From NCBI GenBank assembly GCA_029953675.1, contig JAMWBK010000005.1, positions 930,001-994,000 on the forward strand: a DNA stretch of 64,000 nt, given 5' to 3'. Below are positions 1 to 14,600 of the stretch, in pieces. The stretch comes from Rhodosorus marinus CCMP1338 (lineage: Eukaryota; Plantae; Rhodophyta). The notes under the pieces are model-generated. The model did not search any database. It was given only the letters and a program-made list of their open reading frames with translations, and had not been told where the DNA came from. Within the stretch, counting starts at the first letter, position 1, and each line of letters opens with the position of its first letter. The position numbers were made by a program, and so were the translations under genes.

Positions 1-868
1 TTGTATTTAGGTAGAAAAAAGAAGCAATATGAATTCAAAAGTGTTGTTCCACAACGGGTAGGGAATTGTATAGAAAACTTTTGGCCCAAGAAAATATATG
101 TTCCAAAAATGGAACGTGGAGCCGGACGTCAGTGTTTGGTGAAGATTGAGTGAGTCTTTCGTCACGATAGGTTTCTCCGGGTTTGATCCGACACGTCTAT
201 TAGGTGCTTTTTAACGTCGCGACGTGAGACTCTGCTAGGAACGAAAAAAACAAAAAACAGTTATGTTGTCGGGGGGGCGAGAGGATGCGCTGACAGATGA
301 CTCTTGAAAGTAATTTGTGAATGAGAAGAAAAGAAAAAGAAAAAAGGAGTGGCAGTTGTTGTTGTTGATGGTGAGGGCTGGTTGAATGGGTTGGTAGTGG
401 ATGGAGACGAAGAAGTGGAGCGTATGCTTGAGAAGATATTGGATGAACGCTTGGTTAGAAGGCGGGGAATGACTTACGGGTCTTTTGGGGATGATTTGAA
501 ACGAGGAGGTGAGGAGTTACTAAGTCTCCAAAGTTTGGTCCCCGTCGCTTCCAGGACGCAATCTACACGATCGGTTAGTTTTTTTTTGGGTTAGTTTTTT
601 TTTGGGTTTGTTCGTCGGTGTTCTGCTTGTGTTCTGAAAAAGTAGCCATTACGTCTCGGTAGTGCCAAGCAAACAACGAGATTGATTTTGACGTCGTTCA
701 TGAAGAGAACGAAGGTGGGATTATTGCTGTTTCTTGTTTTGATTTGGATTGAGGTTGCACTGTGGCTTCTTACTGTTCAGGCCGGGGACTAGATTGGTCC
801 GACCAGTCTTCATTTTCTTTCGAAAGCCGTTTCTGACGAGTTGCAAGTTTCCAAATATTCCAGGAGAA

Positions 869-2879
869 ATGGTAGATGCCGAGGAGGTCGCCCCTCCATC
901 AGAGAATGGAGAGGTTCAGACTGTGAAAGCTGGAGGTGGTTTGAAGTCGTGGATTACAGATTTCATGAACCTTCTCAAAGCTTTTATAGGCTTGAATTTT
1001 ATGTACATATCGTTCGCCATGTCAAAAGCGGGGCTAGTCAGAGGCGTAGTGGGCATAACTGTCATAGCTTGGTTGACTTACATTTCCTGCATCATGTTAG
1101 TCAAGGTAAGGATGAAATGCAGTCCACTGGCTGTTTGCTTGGCGGAGAAGGATCTGGTTGGTTTTCAGTCCTAAGTGCCAAGCTTCGCTCCAGGTCAAGA
1201 ACGCGCTGCCGAAGGAGGTGAGAGCTGCGAATAAGCACTTAACATACGGCGATGTGGCTAGGATCACTTCTGGACCTAGGGCTGAGCTCGTTGTCAACGG
1301 TGCACTTATTTTAACTCAATTTGGATACTGCACGGGATACCTGATATTCCTTGCTCATACGGTAAGGTTGTTTCTGTCTGATACAAAGCACTTTATTTCG
1401 CGACTCAAATTCAGGGCGATCCTGAATTTTTTGCTCTGTTCCTTCAGACTCATGATATGGTGCAATCTTCCTGGCCCAATTGGGGCTTTGTTCTCGTACC
1501 TCTGCCGCTGCTTGTTCTGATTGCGCAACTCCGATCAGTTCGTTCACTGGGACCATTCTCGGCGTTTGCGAATCTTTCCCTCTTGGTTGGATTTGTCGCT
1601 GTCGTGGTAAGCAAAGGCTTGCAAATCAATTGAAACTTCCCCGCGCCCATGCTAATCTTGAAGTGACAAATACTATGCACTCTCCAGGTATACATTAGTA
1701 TGAATTTCGAGTTCCAGCCGACGAGCCCTCCAATATCCGCGTTTCCAATATTCTTCGGACAGGTACTGACTATCGACATGTTCGTCTCAGAGCGCGATTT
1801 CGCACGTGCTAAGCTTATCGGCTCCTCTCACGTATTCAGGTCACTGCCGCTCTCGAGGGCATCGGGCTGGTCCTACCCGTTGAAGCTTCTATGTCGGATC
1901 CGAAGTACTTTGACCGCGTCTTGGCCCTGGCTTTGTCATGCCTGACTTTTGTCCTAATGACGGTTGGAGTTCTCGGATTCGTTACCTTTGGGGAGGACAC
2001 GAAATCGATTATTTTGATGAACATGGTAGGAGGTGTAGACCTGGAACACCCTCGGCCTTCGTTCTTCGAAAGCTCTCGATATCTGAAGGACCATGCTTTC
2101 TTTTATTTCGCAGCAAGGGAGCGGCATCATCACTGGAATCAAGATTGTTCTCTGCTTAGGAATACTTTTCACGTATCCGCTGCAGCTCGTTCCCGTTGTC
2201 CAGTCACTGGAAGGATGGGTTGCGGGGGGACCGCCAATTGCTGCGCACGTCATTGCTCATGAAATTGGACAAGCCGGAATCGAGATTGATCAGGAGATCG
2301 AAAGGGAGCAGGAGGAAGCTGAAGACGAAGAAAACGTATGTCGTTTCCCGAATCTTGAGACGGGAAGGTAATGATGTTGGGCGCAGATTGACCTCGGCTC
2401 ATACTCTTTCACTCTTTGTTCTTGCAGATGGCGGCTGTCGCGAACCCCGATGAGGATCCAATTCCGACGGAGCATACAGGTCGAAGAACGTTGTTTGCTA
2501 ACCAGTGGTATCAAGTGCTATGCAGATTTTTGGTGGTGATGGCAACAGCACTGGTTGCCATGTTCGCTGGAAAGAGCTTCGGCCTTTTCCAGTCCCTGAT
2601 AGGCTCGTTGGGTATGGCAAGCGAAATCCTTGCCTGTTTTCTAGTTGCTTCCTCACCGGATATAAGATCTTTCGCATTCCCTGCGCAGGAGCGGCGTTTC
2701 TAGCGTACACTGGGCCAGCCTATTTGCACTGGCACATGTTCAGGAATGAAATGGGCCCTCTCGGGAAGTTGCGGGACTTTTTCATTTTCGTTATTGGGAT
2801 CGTAGGGTCTGTCGTCGGCACGACCGTTACTTTGATGGAAATGTTTCGAGCGGATGACGGCGGCGCGTCGGCACCTTAG
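869..2879 (+). CDS. Amino-acid/auxin permease-family transporter (Aa_trans, SLC36/SLC38-like), multi-exon
   Basis: ORF pieces read N-term 'DFMNLLKAFIGLNFMYISFAMSKAGLVRG', 'LTYGDVARITSGPRAELVVNGALILTQFGYCTGYLIF', 'GVLGFVTFGEDTKSIILMN', 'GILFTYPLQLVPV' and C-term 'AFLAYTGPAYLH...GIVGSVVGT', joined by GT-AG introns. ATG at 869, TAG at 2877-2879. Confidence 0.85.
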
Positions 2880-3369
2880 AGTGTCGGTTGCGTAGATGTG
2901 AACTAGAGCAGCCGTGGTGAATTAATTTTGGGGGTTGGAAGGGAGGAATCACGAAATATTGAATCTATCTATTTATGGATGAGTTTCTCGGGTGCAAGTT
3001 GCAGAACTGCTAACTTCTCAGGCATTTCGAATAACGTGCAGGGTGATCTGTGATTACCTCCGCGCATGTCTCATCTAGTGGCCCATGACAGAGTCCGGTA
3101 GACGTCTGATAAGAACAAGGGCATTCCAAGATTATCCCCAAAAACGCGCGATCAGAAAACTCCATTGCCGCCCTTTTTCACACCAAATCAGTTAACAAGC
3201 GATTACCTAAAACCGTCGCTTGACACAATGTATGTACACAAAATGAAAAAAGCAGCCCCTGACACTTTTGTGCAAAATCGCTGGCAAACAACCCAATGCC
3301 TACAAACGCTTGTTCGGTATTGTCGCGCAAATGTACACCCGGTAAAAAATCCAATCGTCTATTAACTGC

Positions 3370-3770
3370 TGACCCGCTAAAACTTCATGTGTGTGGGCAA
3401 CAGAAACTCACAGCCATCCATTCATTTAACAGCTGATCCACTAAACCTGTCTCCAAATGTGCAACTACACACAGAACAATCCATTCATTTAGAAGCCGAT
3501 CCACTAAAACTCACGCGTAACAACTTACAGGGCCAAGTACACACCGTAAAACAAAAAAAAAAACCCAAAAACAACGGACAACAGAACCACCCAATGTCAT
3601 CATCGTCAACCAAAGACTTAGGTCTTCCACCTACCAAAGACCTATTGCCAACCAAAGACCAAACATCATCCAAAAGGCTCACCACCTATCGCCTAACACC
3701 TACCAAAAGGCCCACCACCTAACACCTAACACCTACCAAAACGCCTATCACCTACCAAAAGACCTAATAC
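3370..3770. repeat. Degenerate intergenic tandem repeats
   Basis: Three C(T/C)GA(C/T)CC(G/A)CTAAA(A/C) units at ~63-bp spacing (3370, 3434, 3497), then imperfect 'cctaacacctaccaaaa' units at ~3690-3770. Confidence 0.5.
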
Positions 3771-4949
3771 CTGACACACAGCCTTCTACCGCATTAGTCA
3801 AAAAATGTATGCAGGAAATTGTTTTTTGTTTTTCCCTTTAAATCACAAGGTCTACGGTAAAAAATAATTTCAAAAGCATTTTATCCGTTAAAATATCAAC
3901 CAATCATCATCGTTCAAAATATCCCAGAAATAGACGTTCAAATCAAAAAAAAAAAAATTGGGGGAGGAGGGCGGCCGCCTTTCTTTCTCACCAATGTGTT
4001 TTGCCCAACAAAAGCTCTTCAAAACAATTACCATCACCTCTTTTTGAAAGCAACAGCATGATCATCTACCTTCGTCAATCCCTCCCTACAAAAACAGTCA
4101 TTCATCACCAAAAAGGAGTATTAATTTCATCTTTTCAATATAAATATTAAGTCGCGTATAATATATACCCCCTGACTGTTCAACATAAACAGCCTCCACG
4201 GACGGGAAAACAAAACAGACATGAATTACTGAAAAACTTTGCATAGATTCATATCATTGGTTAAATTAAAACATACAGCTTATCATCTCCAACCCCAACC
4301 CCCCCCCAGAACAAGGTCAATGAAATGAAAGGATATTGAAAATTAGTAATAAAGTATCATAATCATGAAGTATCTGGTAAGAGTTTAAGGGGGAGGAACG
4401 GCTCTGATTTACTTGAGGAAGACCATTTTCGAGATGTTTCCATGAAAATCGAAGTTTTTTTTTTTCTCAGCGTCAGCTTTCATTACTCCTGACGGAGGTC
4501 ACTTTGGCTTGGAAGGTGAATGTCATGTGGCAAAGTGTATATTTTGGTTGGTCTGGAGGGATTAACGGAGGGGAGGGACGGAGAAGGCGGACGGAGGGGA
4601 AGGGTTGGAGTTGGTTATTCACTACTGAGAAGAGTGAGGACAGTGTGTAGTAGAGTGAATCAGTGTTGTTTCCTTAGCTTCGTGGAACGTTTTTTTTTTT
4701 TTTTTTTTTGTGGTACGGGTGAGGAATCGCAGTTTTCCTTTGTCGCTGTTGGTTCGAAGCTTTTGAGATTTGTTTGTAGAATGAGTTGAACGGGAAAAAC
4801 AAAAATCGCAAGCTGGGAGTTGGCGTGTTTTCACAAGAGGAGAGATCGTAGAGTTGCGGTTGGTGTGAGCCTCTTTGGTGTTTGGTGATTGTTGGTTTTC
4901 TTGTAGTTGTTGGTGTTTTTTTTTTTTGTGTGGTTGAAGCGCGAGCAAA

Positions 4950-6528
4950 ATGCAGATTTCAAAGCGGCAGATTTTGGTGTTGATGTCATGCTGCACCCTG
5001 CAGTTTCTGTTTGGGTCCCTGTACGCCATGTCGGCGTTTGTACCCAGCGCACCAGTTCCAAAGCAGATGATCACCGTGCTTGGCGTTATGGCATGCGCAA
5101 CCGCAATCGGGATAAGCTGCGGAGGTGAGAATTTCGACCGGACATCTGGATGTGGCATATAACCCTAGAATCTGGATACGTGCTGACTTTTCCATCCACC
5201 GTCTGCTGTATCAGGTGTACTGCTGCATAGTGGGGTTTGCCTGAGGACGCTTTCGTTGTTGGCTTCCTCCCTGCAACTTAGTCTGCTGCTTGTTGCAATG
5301 GGCTTGTCGCAGTCTATGGTCTGGCTGACATATTTTGGTGCTGTCATGACTGGGACTTCGTTCGGGGTCCTATATATTGCATCAATTACACAGCTGCAGC
5401 ACGAGTTTCACGATAACCCTGGAGTTGTTACCGGAATTGGAATGTTCTCGTCAAGCTTGGGATCCATTGTCCTAGCCTTTGTCTACTCCGTATCTCAAGA
5501 ACAATTGACTTGGTTGCAGAGCCTTTTCGCTTGTGGAATATCTATGTTTCTCGCGAACAGTGCAGCATCGCTTAGCCTAACCACTGCGCTCGAGGATGAG
5601 GTGCAAGATGAGGAAGGTGTTCCACTGTTGAGCGATCAGAAACCGGACAATTCCGTCAAGCTAGGCATCTGGGAGATACTCAGGGACCCGAACTTGTATT
5701 ATTTCTTGCTATGCTTTTCAGCAGCGGTCGGTCCTGGATATGGAACCGCCGTTGGGTTCCAGCAGATGAGTGTCGATGTTTTTAACCTGAGCAGCACGGT
5801 GTCGAACAAGTATTTCTTGCTGGTCACGGCATTAGGACTAGTTGGCAGGTAAGAATTTCACCAGAGGGAATGAATCATGGATCATTTGAAGGAGTGGACT
5901 CGGCTCATCTGTTCTACCTGTCAAATGCAATAGGCTAGGCGCAGGCTTTGGCGGGGATATTCTGAAGACGGAGAAAGGAGTGTTCTCGAACGGAGCCTTG
6001 AACGTTACAGGGCTACTGCTAGTCCTCCAAAGTGTCGCCATTCTGCTTATGCAAAACTTCCCAACGAACTTTTATTCATTCGTAATATGCAGTTGTATAA
6101 CATACTTTGTATTTGCTGGCGGGGCGGTAACTGGGGCACTGCTAGCAAGGAACCTCTTCGGTATGGCAAATGGTAGCTTGGTCTTCGGATTTACGGGCTT
6201 AGCCGTCGGGGGTGGGGATTTGCTGAGCAGCTGGCTTATCAAGCAACATGCGGGAGAGGTCACGTCTGGCGATCCAAGCTTGTTGTAAGTCAACCCACTA
6301 TAGCATCACCAGCATCATAGCAACCGGAAAAGCTTACAGTTTGTCTTCTTCTCCAGGTCTTCCTATGGAGAATTTATATACGTGTCCATCTTTTGGACTT
6401 TGGTCGGCTTTGTCGCATTGGTATTTATTAGGAAGTCCAAAAAGGCTTTTCCGCAATTAACTTGTCAAGAAACCGCAAATGTGAAGAAATATGCGGTGTA
6501 TATGGAGGAAAAAGATGACCTTATTTGA
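4950..6528 (+). CDS. Major facilitator superfamily transporter (oxalate/formate antiporter- or nodulin-like), multi-exon
   Basis: Hydrophobic helices 'LQFLFGSLYAMSAF', 'GAVMTGTSFGVLYIASITQLQHEFHDNPGVVTGIGMFSSSLGSIV', 'FVFAGGAVTGALLARNLFGMANGSLVFG'. The last exon reads '...YGEFIYVSIFWTLVGFVALVFIRK...DDLI*' with TGA at 6526-6528. Confidence 0.7.
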
Positions 6529-6795
6529 ACGAGCTCTGTTGCCTGAGCCGCAGAGCATGTAGGAAACAAAATTAAATACGATTTATATTGAAACAGTGTG
6601 AGTATTAATATGTGAGAGTAGAGCATTCGCGTAATGCGTCTAATCCCAATGTGCAGTGCCATCGAGGCGGACGCTTCGCAGGCCGAAGCCCAAGGCCACT
6701 AGAAGCTGTCCAGGGAAACACTCATGCTCCAGCTTCAAGGTACAGCAGTAGGTAGTTGGAAGATAAGCAAGCTCAAGCTAAAGAACGAGCCAAGG

Positions 6796-7706
6796 CTAGT
6801 CGTTTTCCTCGAAAGCCTCAAAAGCTTGTGGGCTCGGCATCCGGTAAAATCCGTCAGATCCATCTTCCGGCGTAATACTTAGCAGTTGGAAGTCGGCGTG
6901 GTTCACGAAGAACCATAAGCTGTAGCCAAAGACCGAAAGGAAGAAAGCGGATCCAAGGACGTACTTAATGACCCTGTTCTCAACTGCAATAGGGAAAGCG
7001 ATTGGAGACCCGTTCAAAATGCAGCTCTGCGTGAGCGTGATCCGTTTGCGGTTGACCATCAAACCTACTTCGCTCCAATTCCGTGTGTACACCGGCGATA
7101 TTCTTCTCAATGCTTGTCTCCAAGTGCTCGAGATCACTGCTGAGCAGGTGAAAATCTGACTTTTCCAAAATACGCAGCTCGGTCTTGACTTGCATGTAGT
7201 CACCTTTTGACGCGAGCTGTTCGTAATTCAACTTTTCCCTTCGAGCCAAAGTTTCTCGGAACATTTCCGTTATTACTCGAGCTTGCTCGGGAGTGAATTT
7301 CGACCGCTCGAAAGCGAGTACCATCTTTCTCGTATCTAAAGGGCACCCGTTCGACCTCCAACTGTGCAAGTCTAGATCCGTATCAGAAATTACAGATAGA
7401 GCATGAGCATTCCTCGTCAACATCAAACGATTAAAAACACACGAGCGATGTCCGCGGAGCTAAAACAACTCCCAACAAAATCGTCGCAAGAGGAGCAAAT
7501 CCATCGACGAGAAAGAAAGCAGGTGACCCAAGCATACGGTGTATTTCAAAATGCCACGAAAGAACGTAAAATGCGCCTCAAAACAAAAGAGATTTTAAGG
7601 ACGGAAATGATAGAGAACGAAAGCCGGTTACGCTCTCACGATGCTCACCTCTAAAAATCAATCTCTTCGCTTTGACCAACCCAGCCAGGGTCGCCCGTCT
7701 TATCAT
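6796..7706 (-). CDS. DUF1640 / CCDC90-MCUR1-Fmp32-like mitochondrial coiled-coil protein
   Basis: Basic presequence-like start 'MIRRATLAGLVKAKRLIF'; core 'LDTRKMVLAFERSKFTPEQARVI...KGDYMQVKTELRILEKSDF'; C-terminal 'VENRVIKYVLGSAFFLSVFGYSLWF' TM segment typical of the family. Confidence 0.7.
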
Positions 7707-8755
7707 CGCCAGGATAAACCAGAGTAACCGTTCTCCAAAGGGGATACAAACTTCATAAATTCTATATCTATGAAACAAAAAGACAACCAAAAAGCGCCAA
7801 GCAGAAACCCGAACTGTTCTACGAGAGCTTTAGTGGGCAAGCTCAAAGCCGGCCCTTCGCCCATCATGTTCCACTCTGCAGTCATTTACGGACAACGTTT
7901 GAGGATGTTTGTATTTGGAGCGATCAACAAGCTTTGAGAGTAAAAAACCGGTCTCGTCTTCGAAATCTCAGAGACGGCGGAGGACAGACTGAAATTCAGG
8001 AGCAATACAAACCCAGTGCTTTCAAAAGCAAAAGGTCGGCTAGGCGTGCATCCCATCTCACATCGCAAACGTAGACGAACCGTCTACAAGACCGGGGACC
8101 AGCCTGGTATGCCAAGGCCCGTGCATGAGATTTTCAACGTACGCAATGGATCGGAGACGCACCGGAGGACAGAACCATACTTTTCTTCAGCAACTCTAGG
8201 AAACAGGGAATTTCAGAAACAAAAGAGCAGCTTCGCTCCCGCCGTGCTCGCAGTGCATCCTCGCCTTGACACCGAAGTACCACCGAAAGACGCCTTGGGA
8301 TGACATTCGGCAAGGCCCCCGCTGTACATAGAGATTGGCCATGTGCATGGATTTTCTCAGTGAGTACAGACACACGCTTCGAGATATGACTAGGTGATGA
8401 CTTTCGAGACCCGAATACAGCTCCGAACAGTCGTCCATGACGACACAGCCTCATAGCATCCTCCTAAGTACTGGAACATCAAGGCTTCTAAATATACACT
8501 TTTAATCTAAATATCGTAGTTTTAGAATATTGGTCTAGAAAATACTCCCGCGCGATGAGATACTTTCTTCTAGTGATCACCAGGTTTTGGTTTGGGACGA
8601 TTAGGGAGCGGGCACATTGAGAATGTCTCTAAGGGTGCTGAGGTAGAATTTTTGTGGTCTTTCTTGCAAAAGGAGAAGAGGACTGCTTTTTGGTTTTCAC
8701 CTTCAATTGCATCAAACAGATAAAAAGCAAACGCCGCCACCCCGGGGAGGAGGAG

Positions 8756-10675
8756 ATGGCGCCAAAGGGGAAGGCGAAGGCGACGACGAAAGGGGTCGGG
8801 AAGGGGATCGGGAAGAAGGGATCATCGAAGAAGGGTCCTGGAGGCAGTCGGTCTGACGGCGTGCTGGCGCGGGGGTTGGCGAGGGTGAAGACTCTGACTG
8901 AGCAGTTGTTCCAGAAACATAAGGATGAGCAGCCGAAGACGTTGCAGGAGCTGGGGATTACCAACGTCCTCAAGGAAGTCGTCGAGATGGAGTCTGCGTC
9001 AGTGTCCACTGTGATCGAGAGAGTGTTCTGTGGGATCGTCGAAACTATTCTAGTGGGTGAGGGATGCCAGTACAGCATCCCGACGAGGTAGGTATACGCC
9101 ATCAAAGGAAAGGGAAACAGTAAATAGAGCAACCCGTCCTCACCATGAGCTCCACGTTCAACAGGTCGTCCTCAAACCAGCACTACGTAGAGGACCTGGA
9201 CCGGATCGTTCTGAAGGATAAGGTCTCTAAGAAAGAGTTTAGTAGCAGTTCAACGGTAAGGAAACCCAGTTGATGTTTCCCCTTTATACGCTGGAACATG
9301 ATAATCGGATCTCAGCAAGCAAATCTTCTAACCTCCATCAAGTAGGTCAGAAAAGTTACGATAACAACAAGAATTCTTCAACTTGTGAACGAACTGTGTA
9401 ACAAGGCTATTCACGTAACGAAGCGAGACCTCTTCTACACTGATGTTAAGCTTTTCAAGCAGCAGAACGACTCTGACGACGTAAGGAATGCAAGCCGTCA
9501 ATGATGCAATGAAAACGATCTGGCTCTGAGAACCTCAGTTTCTCATGAGAATTGATCAGATTTCTTGCGTCCGAAGATGCCGCGTAGCTGGTCTACAATG
9601 TTGCCTTGCTAGGCTTTTGTGGCTCTTACCTTCAGTTCGCCTTTACCACGTACGCTTAGGTATTGAACGATGTGGCCTGCTTGATTGGATGTACGAGAAC
9701 GTCCCTGAATGTCGTCGCGTCGGAGAAGGGAGTAGTTATCGGAAGAGTACAGTTTCGTGAAGCCGGTACGTAAGGTGTCCATGGACGTAGAGCGCTGCAA
9801 CCTTGTGTCCTCCTCTGACACAAAGGACGGTAATTCCTGTCCTCGTTTCCGCTTGGCTTTCATCGATCTTGCTGATGTTTCTTAGGTGACTTAATTGATT
9901 GTACAAGAATGGGCGTCGGCGGGAAGGCGATACCTCCGTTCACGGATCGGATCACGGACATCAAGTCCGACGCTTCGTTCATCTTGTTGGTGGAAAAGGA
10001 CGCCGCTTTCATGAGATTGGCTGAGGATAGGTTCTACAACAAATATCCGTGTATTATCATCACAGCCAAAGGGCAACCGGACGTAGCAACTAGGATGTTC
10101 CTCAAGAAGCTAAGGCACACGTTGAGGATCCCGATCCTCGGACTTGTAGATTCCGATCCCTACGGGCTGAAAATTCTCAGTGTGTACATGAGCGGTTCCA
10201 AATCGATGAGCTACGATTCTGCCAATCTCACAACACCTGACATCAAGTGGCTTGGTGTCCGACCGTCGGACCTTGACAAGTACAACATTCCTGAGCAATG
10301 CCGGTATTTTTTGCAGCACGAACAACATGACCACGCACTGGAGTTTAGGAGGCTCAATTGCTGTTTTTTTGTAACGTCTGCAGATTGCCGATGACTGAGT
10401 ACGATATTAAGACTGGTAAGGAGCTTCTGGAAGAAGATTTCATACGGAAGAGTGAGGTAATACAGCCACGCATCCACCAGCATTGCAGGTTCGATCCAGT
10501 CCTGAAAGTTTGGATTCCGCTCGCTGTGAATTGGAAATAGATCTGGGTGGCGGAGCTCGAGCTGATGGTCAAGAGGAAGGAGAAAGCGGAAATACAAGCC
10601 TTGAGCAACTTTGGCTTCCAATATTTAACAGAGGAGTACCTTCCCAGAAAATTGGCCGAGGGCGACTGGGTGTAG
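8756..10675 (+). CDS. TOP6A: DNA topoisomerase VI subunit A (SPO11-3/RHL2-type)
   Basis: '[16 protein letters not shown]' (catalytic Tyr region), TOPRIM '[19 protein letters not shown]...[14 protein letters not shown]', '[15 protein letters not shown]', and C-terminal '[30 protein letters not shown]' characteristic of the TOP6A clade rather than meiotic SPO11-1/2. Confidence 0.92.
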
Positions 10676-11651
10676 AAAAGCTCATGCGCTGACAGTAGCA
10701 TTGTGCTGCGACGAGGGCACCTGATCGCTCAAAAGGAAATGCGGGGTCGCTGGAAAGTGGAGTCTGCAAAGCAGAGACCAATCAAAGCTTGACTTGCGCG
10801 AGCAGCGTCAGGAAGTGTATACGGCAACTCCAAGACGGGCTGTCCCGAGTATCCAAAAAACCTTGCGGCGAAGTAACAAGGACGAAGCTACGACCACAGT
10901 CTTTCGTCGTTTGGACGCACTAACGCAGGAGCGGGAACCCTGGATCGAGCGGGTCCGCAAGCGATTCTACGAGTTCAGCCGAGGGCTATTTTTGTTTGTT
11001 TTGGTACGCAGTCACCGGAACTTTCGAACACCGGAACAAGTTCGAAAGGATTTGTCCGGTTGCTTAGCTGAGGAGTTCAGCTTAGAAATCCTGAAGATTT
11101 AGACAGGATCCAAGCATAAAGTGCAAATACGAATATCTTAAATCTCTGAACTAGCGATGAGGATTTCTCTCAAGATGGACGCCCTGAGGTTCTAGTCGCT
11201 TGCCCCGCAGATGGTGAACAGATCTGGTCCCAAAGACCCAGCATTTTTCATCGAGCTCAGTTGCTGCTGGGTACTTGTAGCTGATCAGTTGCGCGGATTC
11301 CTTTTTCTGAGGCCAACCAAATCTTCAAACTATTACTAGAGAATTTGGAATGGCAGAACTCTGGCCCATCCGCCTGGAACACGCCTCAACCGCGACGGCT
11401 AGTGAGACTCTGGCAGAAATCGTCTATCTGGAAGCCGTTCATTTGTATCGGTCGGCTAGTACATCACGCTGAGCTCTGCGATCCAAACTTTTTGGAAGCT
11501 TTGGAAGGGTTCGCTTCTTAGCTGGGCTGACGGCTTAGGTGTGAATGAGTAGTGACCCAGTGGGAATGACTGAAAAGCGCCGTGATAAGAAATGATTTGG
11601 AGTGGATCGATCGGAGCAGATCGGGGGATTTTTCGGATCGAAGAGAAAAGA

Positions 11652-14600
11652 ATGAAGTTCTCGAATACTCTGGTTTTCCTGGTGATCCTACTGATTTCGT
11701 TCGGATGCCGCTCGGATGCTGGTAAAAGCGTCTCGATCGGCTTACATGCGAAATGGAGGTGCACGCCTCTCGTTCTGGAAGCCGCGGAGGCTATCTCACA
11801 GGTACAATCATGGGTTGAAACATAAAATAAGTCTCCGCCCACGTTTTCTCATCGCCCGCGTTTTCCTTCTCTTGCAAAACGCGCTTTTTACAGACCTACG
11901 GAGAGTTCTGGTTCTGGTCATTCGTGTCTCAAGCAACTGATGCTCCTTCACATGTGAGCGACCTCGAAGAATACAAATGGTAGGAGAGAATCGATACGAA
12001 AAGCCCCGCTTAACATCCACAACAAGTCATTCGAAATCGATGAGCCCCTTCTGAAGAAGCTCTTCCTGACCGTGAAAAAAAGGACGATGGCGATCGTAAA
12101 AGACATGCTCGGAGATGGTGCTAAGACATTCGTACAGCATCAACTTGCCAGCCGAAAGCTATCCCCTACCGTTGAAGTTCACGCTACCGTCGCTGATCAG
12201 GTGAGTTTCACAATCGTACAAGTTGCACGTGTACTATTAATTGCTAGCCGGGCCAGGAAATGAACACTGTTCACAGTTTGGTCCCTGGCCAGACAACGGC
12301 GAAACTTCTTGGTGCAGACCACACAGCGGCAGCAACGTCTAGATACCGACCAGGCAAATCAGATATTATTCTTGACCTCGGATCCGGAAGACTGGTTTTC
12401 AAATCGCCAGAGAGGCTCCTCCCTGCGCTTAGATAGATCCGACCTAGGAGAACATTAGGATGCCCGCGAAGCGCTTCGCCTGGACGATCAATCTATGTCC
12501 TGTCATCCTATTCCGACCTGAACTAAACGCCGCCGGTTCCCTTTTGTTTTCCTGTGCTCTAGGCTATTGAGCTTCTAGCTTCCTCGGATGTTTCGTCTGA
12601 CACCTTTGCGGTTGTTGGGTTAGGCTCCACGCGAAGTGTGATTGTCACCAGCGTAGATGATTTGGATCGTGCCATTGTGAACTCGGAGGATGAGAAATTC
12701 GACGACTCTCCGGCTGATCTTGCAGAACTAGTCCTGAGAAACGAGCACGAGCTATCAAAATGCCGCAACTACGGCAACAGCAGCAACGACATACCTGTCG
12801 TGATCCTTTACGGTCACATAGGCAAGACGGGATTCGCAGAATGGCATTCTCATTTGACGGAGTTGAACGCAAACTGCAAGGTATGGATTGAACTAGAATC
12901 GCCAAGGGCTGGTCATTTGCTGAAAGACAGATTGTGCCTACAAACACACACGCAGGTCAGATACATTCTGAGACATCACTTTACTCCGTGCTCTGAGCAA
13001 GTAGCTCTCGATGGGTTTGATGTTTCCGTCTACCTGAAGCGCGTAGACTACGTGGTAGTGGATGACAAGAACTTCACCAACCAACTGTTCCCGTATAACG
13101 ACGGATTACCTCCGAAGAGCATTCGACAAGGGGGTCCCACTGGAGAAGGGCTCTCGACTCTGACCGACATCAGCCCGGAGGCGCTACAATGCCTGACCTT
13201 GAACGTTGTAGACGCTGCAAGGAAGGCCGGAGGTCTGGATGGACTCCTTGCTATGCTTGAAGACTTCCCATCGGCAGCTGCCGCTGCATCCGGTGAAACG
13301 GATTTCCCTTGCGATGACACGGAAGTCGAAAAGAGAAAAACCGGGCTATTTGAGTTGGAAGTCCTTGAGGGCGCCGAGGAGTTCATAGTGAACAATTTTG
13401 CGCTTGACTGGACTAATACACCGGCAGTCATGGAATGTGGAGCTGCCCTAGCCCTCTGCAAGGACGCTCTCGCCGGAGTGGGGCTCAGTGACTCTGGGAA
13501 GCGATTGCTGAGGGCATTCCCGGAGGCGACATCTAGGTCACTACGTCTGGATCTCTCAGGAGTTGAACCTTTCTTCTTGACGGATATCGAAACCGACGAT
13601 TCGTATGTACAATACTTGAGCGATTGGAGACTTTGGGCGGAGGTTCGTCTCTCTGCGGGTGCTGTACTTTTCGACTTTGCCACTCCAGGACTGAATCATG
13701 ATCATGTCAACGTCATTGTGACTTCCAACTGTACAGGGACGACTGGAACGCTTCCGATTCAGAGCAAATTTCATAACAATTACAATCACCGTTGTTGCTG
13801 CCAAATTTGAGCACTACGGGTTCATGAGTCTATTCCAGCAAGTCCTCTCTCAAGGGCTACCGTTTCGATTAGGTCTCGTTCTCCTCTACGAAGGAGACGA
13901 GGATATCCTCTCAAAGAAAATCATTGCGTTGACGAGGTCGGTTTTCGCTGTCTTCCACGGATGGAAGGGGACAAAACCCTATCGTTTTTCTACTAAGCGG
14001 TTGCGGTTGTCCTGTCCATATTCTCACCATTTGGTAGGGCTTTTCATTGGACAGGTATATTCAGGACGTTCGAGATAGCAGGTTCGATGCGTTTTCATTC
14101 CTAGGCAAAGTTTCGTATGACGGAATAGTCACGGACTCAGGGTTGATCGAAGCGGCGGAAGGTGTCGGCGTGAAGCTCAATGGTAAATCCCTCAATGAGC
14201 TTGTTGAAGAGCAGGCAGGGTACACCAACGAAGTGAACAAACTCAAGCAGAGCTTGGACCTCAATCTGGACGACTACATGTTATTCATCAATGGCCTTGT
14301 TGCCGATGGCAACGTAATGGGTTATATCGACAATGAAATTGATAGAATCCAGGAGTCAATCCGAAAGCACGGCGCAAAGAGGCCCTCACATGATATCGTA
14401 TTCTCCGATGCCAACACTGTTCTCCGGAGAAACCCAGCCGCTGCAAACGATAAAGCGCCAAGAATAAAGCTGGCGCCGCTTTTTATTGACTCACAGTTCA
14501 AGCGCGCGTTAGAGTCAGTAAGGTATGTCCTAAGTGGTCGGAAACGCAGGCAGCGCAAAATTTTTGAGTTGAGAACTGAACGAAACAGCCGTTTCGCTGA

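Noticed and set aside
7886-8454. Two-exon ORF model (~170 aa) between the DUF1640 and TOP6A genes
   Set aside because: Splicing is possible, but the product has no recognisable features and the composition is not protein-like.
8756-10675. Meiotic SPO11-1/2
   Set aside because: The N-terminal extension and C-terminal motif match the TOP6A/SPO11-3 clade.
10794-11450. ORF 10794-11102 and nearby short ORFs
   Set aside because: No ATG start or homology; likely UTR or intergenic DNA.
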